Shown here: positions 6,957 through 13,514 of the stretch, piece by piece
Layout: every line of letters begins with the position of its first letter
Numbering within the stretch: the first letter of the stretch is position 1
Virus record (IMG/VR): IMGVR_UViG_3300045988_066580
Coordinates: 1-30,324 of that record
DNA length: 30,324 nucleotides
Reading direction: 5' to 3' (one strand)
DNA from: a virus
Program-made: the position numbers and the translations under genes
Notes under the pieces: generated by a model
The model's database searches: none
What the model was told of the DNA's origin: nothing
Seen by the model: the letters and a program-made list of their open reading frames with translations, nothing else

Positions 6957-7235
6957 GTGGAATATAAGAACGTTGACGCCTACGATTATAAGGTGATGGC
7001 ACACTACTCCGCAAGCGGGGTCGTCTGGGAGGTGTACGAGCGTACCGCAGACGGTTGGGAGAAACGCAAACGCGGATACGACAAGCGGGTCGCCAAAGCA
7101 AGGGAGAGAGCGCACGCGGTTATCGTTCGGCTTGCCGAAGTGCGTTATGGCGCTGATTATCGCGTGTCCAGGTTGGTGCCATTGAAGTATCCGATGTGTT
7201 GGGGTGTGTTTGTCGAACGTCGGCGTGTCGCATAA
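6957..7235 (+). CDS. Hypothetical protein (92 aa), GTG start
   Basis: ORF track. AAGGGGG lies 5 nt upstream of the GTG. The last codons (ERRRVA) are encoded by promoter-box copy c5. Confidence 0.6.
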   Translation: MEYKNVDAYDYKVMAHYSASGVVWEVYERTADGWEKRKRGYDKRVAKARERAHAVIVRLAEVRYGADYRVSRLVPLKYPMCWGVFVERRRVA

Positions 7236-7255
7236 CCAAGTATTGCATGAAGAAC
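7220..7255 (+). promoter_or_regulatory. Degenerate promoter box c5 (TCGGCGTGTCGC-N9-TATTGC)
   Basis: The box is intact, but the spacer is shorter and the -10 and leader are degenerate. No cassette ORF follows. Confidence 0.4.
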
Positions 7256-7273
7256 TCTGCGACTGACACCACA

Positions 7274-7295
7274 GCCCCGCCCGCAAGGGCTGGGC
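7274..7295 (+). promoter_or_regulatory. Conserved hairpin, one mismatch (GCCCCGCCC-GCAA-GGGCTGGGC)
   Basis: Same flanks (CACAGCCCC..) as the copy at 4185. Followed by ACACTTAATGGAAGGAATAAAAC-ATG 7319. Confidence 0.75.
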
Positions 7296-7318
7296 ACACT
7301 TAATGGAAGGAATAAAAC

Positions 7319-7474
7319 ATGTATACGGTCCGTTTTAACGACCTCGAATACGTATGTGACACATTCAGACAAGCCGTAGCCATGGCAAGAAAAACAGTGG
7401 AACACGGAGACGTCGCAACCATTCTTGATGATGAAGGCGAAGAAGTCGCATCATTTCACCCAATGGAGGAATAA
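7319..7474 (+). CDS. Hypothetical small acidic protein (51 aa)
   Basis: My translation: MYTVRFNDLEYVCDTFRQAVAMARKTVEHGDVATILDDEGEEVASFHPMEE. Canonical distance from hairpin and RBS. Its stop overlaps the HNH start (TAATG). Confidence 0.5.
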   Translation: MYTVRFNDLEYVCDTFRQAVAMARKTVEHGDVATILDDEGEEVASFHPMEE

Positions 7475-7815
7475 TGCTAGCGAAAGAAGGCAAACCAAAA
7501 GAGAAGAATCCAACCGAAGAAACCCGCCAACTCGTGTTGGAACGTGACCACTACCGTTGCGTGAGGTGCGGACGTGACATAAGATACACGCCCTTCGGCT
7601 ACTCCATCCACCACCGGCGCTTACGCTCGCACCCCTATGCTGAAATGCATTCCAGCTCGAACCTCATAACCCTCTGCGGTTCAGGCACCACCGGTTGCCA
7701 CGGTTGGGTGCATGAAAACGTGAAAGAAGCCGAACGACTGGGATTAATCGTTTCAGGCTTCGCACGACCCGAAAGCATTCCAGTGCAAACGTGGGACGGG
7801 TTGAAAGACATTTAA
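7474..7815 (+). CDS. HNH endonuclease
   Basis: RCVRCGR..YSIHHRRLRS..SNLITLCGSGTTGCHGWVHEN carries the H-N-H and zinc-binding Cys pattern. Confidence 0.8.
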   Translation: MLAKEGKPKEKNPTEETRQLVLERDHYRCVRCGRDIRYTPFGYSIHHRRLRSHPYAEMHSSSNLITLCGSGTTGCHGWVHENVKEAERLGLIVSGFARPESIPVQTWDGLKDI

Positions 7816-7825
7816 AAAAGAAGAA

Positions 7826-7853
7826 GCCGCACGGTTTTCTTTCACCGTGCGGC
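7826..7853. terminator. Bidirectional terminator between the convergent arms
   Basis: GCCGCACGGT-TTTCTTTC-ACCGTGCGGC. On the - strand it is followed by TTCTTCTTTTTT; on the + strand it is preceded by A6 and lacks a good U-tract. Confidence 0.85.
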
Positions 7854-7903
7854 CTATCAATGACAACACTAAAAGTCAATCGCTAAAACTTTCAGCACCT
7901 CAC

Positions 7904-7932
7904 ATTATACTAGGCCAACGTATTTTCGTCAA
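7904..7932 (-). promoter_or_regulatory. Consensus-like sigma70 promoter TTGACG-17-TATAAT on the - strand
   Basis: TTGACG lies at 7932..7927, a 17-nt spacer follows, and TATAAT lies at 7909..7904. It spans the holin stop codon and points at the terminator. Confidence 0.45.
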
Positions 7933-8209
7933 CAAACGTTTTACCAAGTTTGCCGCCCATCACCTGATTGACAACAGTGTAAACCGTCTGTGAAACACCA
8001 ATCACAGCAACAAGCAGTACACCCCACGTATAACCGTGGTTGAACCCGCCCACAGCCGCGATAGCCAACATACCCAACACGACACTGACCGCGAGACTAA
8101 ACAAGGCGGTCATGTTATCCGGCAGAACAGGTTTAACAACCTGCACGAACACGGGAGCAACCAAACCTACAATCGCCACCGCGATAGTCTCAGCCTGAGT
8201 AATATCCAT
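7910..8209 (-). CDS. Holin (about 3 TM segments)
   Basis: 99 aa with three hydrophobic stretches and a charged C-terminus. It is the last gene of the late operon, next to the endolysin. Confidence 0.65.
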   Translation of the reverse strand: MDITQAETIAVAIVGLVAPVFVQVVKPVLPDNMTALFSLAVSVVLGMLAIAAVGGFNHGYTWGVLLVAVIGVSQTVYTVVNQVMGGKLGKTFVDENTLA

Positions 8210-8221
8210 AATTTACTCCAA

Positions 8222-9454
8222 TCACCAGTACAAGGTTTCGCCCGGATAAATCACATTAGGATTGCCCGAACGATAACCCTTAATCTGACTCACACTAATC
8301 TTATACCGTGCCGCAATCGAGCTTAACGTGTCACCAGACTGCACAGTATAACGACGTGCCGTGGAAACATTGGACCCGCGACGGCAAACACGCTCACCCG
8401 CATAAATAACATTAGGATTGCCCGAACGGTAGCCCGCCCAATCATTCCAACTGCCACCATACCGTGCCGCAATCGAGCTTAACGTGTCACCAGACTGGAC
8501 GTAAACGCATTGCGCGGAAGATTGGACCGTACCACAGCCAAGACGATTATTAACAATCCGCATGACCGCATCATAATAACCACCCAGCAAGGCTCTACGC
8601 GTAGCCCCATTACCATACTTTCCCGCGATCACATCATTTGCCATCTGGTTGACGTCACCGTTAGGTGTGGTGTTCGGCGTATCATGCTTCACCGTGGTAG
8701 GTGTTCCTGTCTGAGCGAACGAGTTCGGCACGCACCCAACACGCTCACCGCAGGCAACACGTCCCCAAGCGTTCCTATCACCGAAGAACAAGTCAAGGTC
8801 AAGGAACCCACCATACCCATTCAACAAGCCGTGAGACGTGTATTGCAACATTCCCTCGCCAGCACTGCCAGCATTCCATGGCTGAGACTGATAGCCGGTC
8901 GGCGCATTACTCGCATATTGGGCTTTCCACAGCATACAGTGGGCACGCACATCCTGCGGAATCTGCCACACTGCGGAAGCTTGAACGTAAACGACCGGCC
9001 ACACGCCGGTACGCTCATGCACTCGATTAACCCACTCGCGCACCCAATTGCCATTACCCCACGCCGCATTATCGTAGCTCTCCCAATCCAATACAAGCAT
9101 GGAACGCCCCACATAAGAGCCGATAGTGTTCACGAAATAGTCGGCTTCCGCAAGCGCGTTACCACCGTCCGCATAATGATACAGGCCATGAACCTTATTC
9201 GTCTCAATCGCACCCGTGATCTGACTCACCCAATGAGAGTTAGTGAAATTCACACCCTCCGTGGCCTTCACAATCATGAAGTCACCTGGAACGATGCGCG
9301 TAATGTTCGCTGGTTGCCATCCGCTCACGTCCGCACCATTCATGTTCGCTAACGCGACGCTTGGTGTGAGCATGATAGTCGAACTCAACGCCAGACCGGC
9401 AACCGGCCTGACCATGCTTCGCTTGATACGCTTATGTTTAGGTGTTCGTTTCAT
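8222..9454 (-). CDS. Endolysin: signal peptide + GH25 muramidase + 2 LysM domains
   Basis: N-terminal MKRTPKHKRIKRSMVRPVAGLALSSTIMLTPSVALA looks like a Sec signal. GADVSGWQ..VKATEG.. is GH25-like. Two C-terminal YxVQSGDTLSSIAARY..GNPNVIY LysM repeats are present. Confidence 0.9.
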   Translation of the reverse strand: MKRTPKHKRIKRSMVRPVAGLALSSTIMLTPSVALANMNGADVSGWQPANITRIVPGDFMIVKATEGVNFTNSHWVSQITGAIETNKVHGLYHYADGGNALAEADYFVNTIGSYVGRSMLVLDWESYDNAAWGNGNWVREWVNRVHERTGVWPVVYVQASAVWQIPQDVRAHCMLWKAQYASNAPTGYQSQPWNAGSAGEGMLQYTSHGLLNGYGGFLDLDLFFGDRNAWGRVACGERVGCVPNSFAQTGTPTTVKHDTPNTTPNGDVNQMANDVIAGKYGNGATRRALLGGYYDAVMRIVNNRLGCGTVQSSAQCVYVQSGDTLSSIAARYGGSWNDWAGYRSGNPNVIYAGERVCRRGSNVSTARRYTVQSGDTLSSIAARYKISVSQIKGYRSGNPNVIYPGETLYW

Positions 9455-9762
9455 TTTTCCCCCTTACTGCTTGCGCAAGTACGAATCTTGTTAGTCATCT
9501 CAGTGCCCACACCATTACCCCCAAGCGCATGGTAGGCGGTGTAGACGCGTTCGACTGTTTCCTTGTCCGCAATTGGCACGAACCCGTTATGTTCCCGCTG
9601 TTCGTCAAACTGTTTCAGCTTGCAGAATAATAGTTCTTTCACACCCTCGCGTAATGGGTTGCGTTTCGCATCGATTCTATTCAACACCCATTGCACGATG
9701 ATAGTCACCGTCTGACTGCCGAGAATCGCGCAAATAACAGCAGTTTCCATTAATTGTCCCAT
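9451..9762 (-). CDS. Hypothetical N-terminally membrane-anchored protein (lysis-module associated)
   Basis: ORF track. Has an N-terminal hydrophobic helix and is ATGA-coupled to the endolysin. Confidence 0.55.
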   Translation of the reverse strand: MGQLMETAVICAILGSQTVTIIVQWVLNRIDAKRNPLREGVKELLFCKLKQFDEQREHNGFVPIADKETVERVYTAYHALGGNGVGTEMTNKIRTCASSKGEK

Positions 9763-11006
9763 TCGATAGGCGGCATTGTGAAATCATAGGTGATTTTCAT
9801 TGTCTGCCGGCTGTTCTTCGTCACGGGATTATCCAATCTCGCGCGGCTGAAGTACTGCGTGCCCAAGTCCAAACCCAAGTAATTATTATCGAGTAGGAAA
9901 TCAGACATGAAACAACCGTGTAAATACGAACTATAAGAATTGTAAGAGCCACACCATTTTTGCCGTGACTCTAGTACGTTCGCGTTATCGTCAATGTCGA
10001 ACACAAGCCCGCCAACAATAATTGAGTCCTCTTCCGGCAAGGCAGTCAAATCGTAACTGTTTTGACCGGGAGTGCTTGGGATGACGAAGGTGCGAAGCTG
10101 TTCGAATCCTGTGGAACGCTCAACAAGCGTCCTCGTACCCGATACGTTTTCCATGGTGAAGAACGTGTCACGCTTAGGATGCCAGCAAATCGAATCAACA
10201 CGATTACCCGTCGTGACTTTCGTCGGGTTCGTCAAATCGGAGAGCGGAGCATGATAGACGTAACTCTTACTACATGACCACCAAAGCTCGCCACGGCGGA
10301 AAGCAATCCGAGAATTATTAGAGAACTCACGTAAAGGATGGTCGGTAGAAATCGCGGTACCTCCCTGAAGCCAATCGATGAAATCATCAACCGTCACAAA
10401 AGTCACGCCACCCACATACTGGTAAATGAGCGTCTTACCATCGTTCACGATACCTCTGCTAGAGGACACATTTTTATTCAGTAGGCCGACTCTGTAAATG
10501 TAGTCGAAATTAGTGGACTGCATGGTGGTGTAGACACTCTGAAAACTGCCGTTCGCCTGAGTTGTGGCGAAATCATACACGAAACGCTGAGAGTTCGCCT
10601 TCTGATAACTCTCAGCCGGGTTGAACGAACCCCTATCGTTAGCGCTGCTGCTTGCACCATACCCACCATAGGCCAGCGCGTTACCGTGTATGACTCGTTC
10701 CCTCTCGTTAGCCGCGCCAGCGTAATCAGTCAATGTTAGACCTGTGTTCAACCCTTTACTCATGTAGATACTGGCAGTAATACTGGCAAGGTCAGTGGTC
10801 ACAGTCGTACTCGTAGAAGATGCGTGTTGCAACTGCATGAAACGACTGTTAGTGACCTTACGCAACGCACCATAAACGAACGGGCTCACGTAATTGTCAT
10901 GTTCCTCGCATTGCGCGATACTCCCGTCAATATTCCTCACTTCCACCTTGACATGCCCGTGCACCTTAAAATCAGGGTCCACACGTGCCACTAAATCAAC
11001 AGCCAT
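9750..11006 (-). CDS. Putative tail fibre / receptor-binding protein
   Basis: 418-aa ORF immediately downstream of the Tal-like gene. The call rests on position only. Confidence 0.45.
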   Translation of the reverse strand: MAVDLVARVDPDFKVHGHVKVEVRNIDGSIAQCEEHDNYVSPFVYGALRKVTNSRFMQLQHASSTSTTVTTDLASITASIYMSKGLNTGLTLTDYAGAANERERVIHGNALAYGGYGASSSANDRGSFNPAESYQKANSQRFVYDFATTQANGSFQSVYTTMQSTNFDYIYRVGLLNKNVSSSRGIVNDGKTLIYQYVGGVTFVTVDDFIDWLQGGTAISTDHPLREFSNNSRIAFRRGELWWSCSKSYVYHAPLSDLTNPTKVTTGNRVDSICWHPKRDTFFTMENVSGTRTLVERSTGFEQLRTFVIPSTPGQNSYDLTALPEEDSIIVGGLVFDIDDNANVLESRQKWCGSYNSYSSYLHGCFMSDFLLDNNYLGLDLGTQYFSRARLDNPVTKNSRQTMKITYDFTMPPIEWDN

Positions 11007-11021
11007 TGTATTGTAATCCTC

Positions 11022-12812
11022 CTAGATTGTAACGGTAACGCCCACATTTAATTCTACAATTGTCAGCCTATACGTGCCCGTTGGGGCTCCCTGCACGGTT
11101 GAAACGTCCAGACTCGTAGACCCGTCAACCACTGGCGGCATTTCAACAGTCCAAGTGGAATCATCGTTAGCAAGGGTGAACACCGAATCATTCTCGGCGT
11201 TAGATATGGTGATAGTGTGCTTATCATTCGCAAGCCAGACAAACGGCTGAAGAGTATCCGACACGGTACGCATCGACTCCACGAAACGCTCCACCGAATC
11301 AGACACGGAAAGCTCCGACAACTCGGGGAACGAAACCGTAGCCAAATCGGACACGTTACGCATCGAACCCATGAAACGGCTGACGGCATCCACAACGCGC
11401 GTATCCGGGCGTTCATTGCTCACACCACCATACGCGCCACGAGCACGTATGAACACCTGACCATCGTTCTTCGCAATGCTACCGGCCCCAGTATGCGACA
11501 AGTACAAGTCAAGCGTAAGCGAATCATTGGCCGAAACGTTCGTAATCAGGAACGGCAAACCGATAGTCACCCAACCGACCTCGCAAGCCTGCTGGATACG
11601 AGCACCAGCCCTCTCCCCATTCAGTAGCCAATACCCGTCCAGCTCGCCAGCCGTCGTGGTCTTGACATTAAGACAGGCATAGACTTCAAGCCACGTGTCC
11701 GCGTACACGTCCAATTGCACGGGGAGCACACGCTGTGCCGTTGAACCGAGCGTGAAATCATCCGTCGTGAACGCCTGAAACACAGACTCCTGCTCGGTGT
11801 TATCCGTATCACCTGACAGGGGGTCAGTTGCAACCGTGAATGACGGTGGCACATAATCCAACGTCACACTATCATCATCATGACCGCTACTATGATGGAT
11901 AACGGAAACCTTCGTGACCACCTTTGCCTGCAACGGCTCATCCCAAACTGCGACAATCTCACCCAAGCGTAGCCCTTGGATATCATCAACCGCGGTCAGG
12001 TCATACGAGATAGTCGGATACGCGGTAACAGCCAGTTTCTTCTTCGCGTCCGCGAGCAGGTTAGCGGCGACCGTGTAGCGTTCGTCCTGCCATTCCTGCC
12101 GTTTCGTGTAACGCTTGCGCGCTTCCGTCTCGCTCAAGCCCAGACCAACATACCAGCCGAAGTCTTCCACGAGCTCGCTGTCATTGTTGACGCCGCGCAC
12201 GGTCAAACCGTTAGCGCCGACCGGATGCAACACGGTACACGTGGGAGGTGTCTCCGTCTTCTTGATATCATCCAGATTATCGCCATACGTGAAGACGCGC
12301 GACGGCGTGGAAGGCAAAGGCTTCAGGAAGTCAACCACACGATTATACGAATCGAACGACAAGCGCAGGTCGGCAAGATTCGCCAACCACTGCAACAGTT
12401 CAGTAACCTTCTTGCCCTGCAAATCGGCGTACACGCGCCTATCGGTTTCGATAGTTCCAACGGTCCACAAGGTCGGGGCAAGCACTTTACTCACAGCATC
12501 GGCGAAGCGTAGGTTTTCACACTTGAACGTCTCAAGTTCGATATTAGCCATTTCCGACTGACATTCGTCCGCGGTAAGTTCCGCGATACCATCGCCACGC
12601 GCCCGGTCAACCTGAGTCACCACATACCGACGACCATTAAACACTAGCTCCATGTCGCTCACGATGTCGCGTGCTTCGGCCAGCGACGTGTCAACGCTAA
12701 GCCGGTTTGTTGAGTCGATACGTTCGTCAACGGTCCACTCGGACACGTCGTTTACCGCGCGAATCGGCTTACCGTCCAAGCCGCAAAGATATGCAACCTC
12801 ACTAGCCTGCAT
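11022..12812 (-). CDS. Tail-associated (Tal-like) baseplate / tip protein
   Basis: 596-aa ORF following the Dit-like gene in standard siphovirus order. Confidence 0.6.
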   Translation of the reverse strand: MQASEVAYLCGLDGKPIRAVNDVSEWTVDERIDSTNRLSVDTSLAEARDIVSDMELVFNGRRYVVTQVDRARGDGIAELTADECQSEMANIELETFKCENLRFADAVSKVLAPTLWTVGTIETDRRVYADLQGKKVTELLQWLANLADLRLSFDSYNRVVDFLKPLPSTPSRVFTYGDNLDDIKKTETPPTCTVLHPVGANGLTVRGVNNDSELVEDFGWYVGLGLSETEARKRYTKRQEWQDERYTVAANLLADAKKKLAVTAYPTISYDLTAVDDIQGLRLGEIVAVWDEPLQAKVVTKVSVIHHSSGHDDDSVTLDYVPPSFTVATDPLSGDTDNTEQESVFQAFTTDDFTLGSTAQRVLPVQLDVYADTWLEVYACLNVKTTTAGELDGYWLLNGERAGARIQQACEVGWVTIGLPFLITNVSANDSLTLDLYLSHTGAGSIAKNDGQVFIRARGAYGGVSNERPDTRVVDAVSRFMGSMRNVSDLATVSFPELSELSVSDSVERFVESMRTVSDTLQPFVWLANDKHTITISNAENDSVFTLANDDSTWTVEMPPVVDGSTSLDVSTVQGAPTGTYRLTIVELNVGVTVTI

Positions 12813-13514
12813 TTATAACCACCTCATGAGATAGCGGAACTGGCCGCTGTTGATGTTCTCCGTTTCGATGTGATTCACATCACGCAGTCGGGGGAATACG
12901 CCGGACACTTCTGCCACAAGCAGGTTATTACCATTGTCCATTACCTGATTATGCTGACTGTCAATCACACCACCCGTGAGCGTCTTGTCAATGCTCAGCG
13001 TCTCCCCGTTGACCGTGATTGACGGCTTGCCGGTAGCCGTGAACGTTAAGACTGGCAGGATAGTGCAATTTGTATCGATGCTGATTGTCTCCGCTAAATC
13101 AACTTGCTGTGCTTCGCCGTACCTGTACGGGTCATAGCAGTTAAAAACGAACTCGCCTCTGCAATAGGTGGGCTTATCATCCGACAGGCTGACAGATGAA
13201 ACAATACCGGTATAGTAGCCCGTCTGGTCACTGAAGCGGATAGTGCTCGGCTGTTTGATATTAAGGAAGTGTGTTAGCTTTGCCTGCATGTCAAGCAATC
13301 GGCAGGAGAACATGGCGAAAGAGACGGTAATCTCACGCACGGGAAGACGACGGCTCACGAACCTACCGCCGTCCCCACCCTTGTAGTCCACTCCGGTAAC
13401 ATCTGGACTCAGCAGACCCCGGCCGGTAATATCCTCAATCCAAAGCGTCATACCATCAGCCGCGAACAGATTGGCAAGACTCACATTGTTGTAGTACACA
13501 TCAACCATACTCAA
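12813..13514 (-). CDS. Distal tail protein (Dit-like)
   Basis: 233 aa, directly downstream of and overlapping the tape measure gene. Confidence 0.6.
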   Translation of the reverse strand: MSMVDVYYNNVSLANLFAADGMTLWIEDITGRGLLSPDVTGVDYKGGDGGRFVSRRLPVREITVSFAMFSCRLLDMQAKLTHFLNIKQPSTIRFSDQTGYYTGIVSSVSLSDDKPTYCRGEFVFNCYDPYRYGEAQQVDLAETISIDTNCTILPVLTFTATGKPSITVNGETLSIDKTLTGGVIDSQHNQVMDNGNNLLVAEVSGVFPRLRDVNHIETENINSGQFRYLMRWL

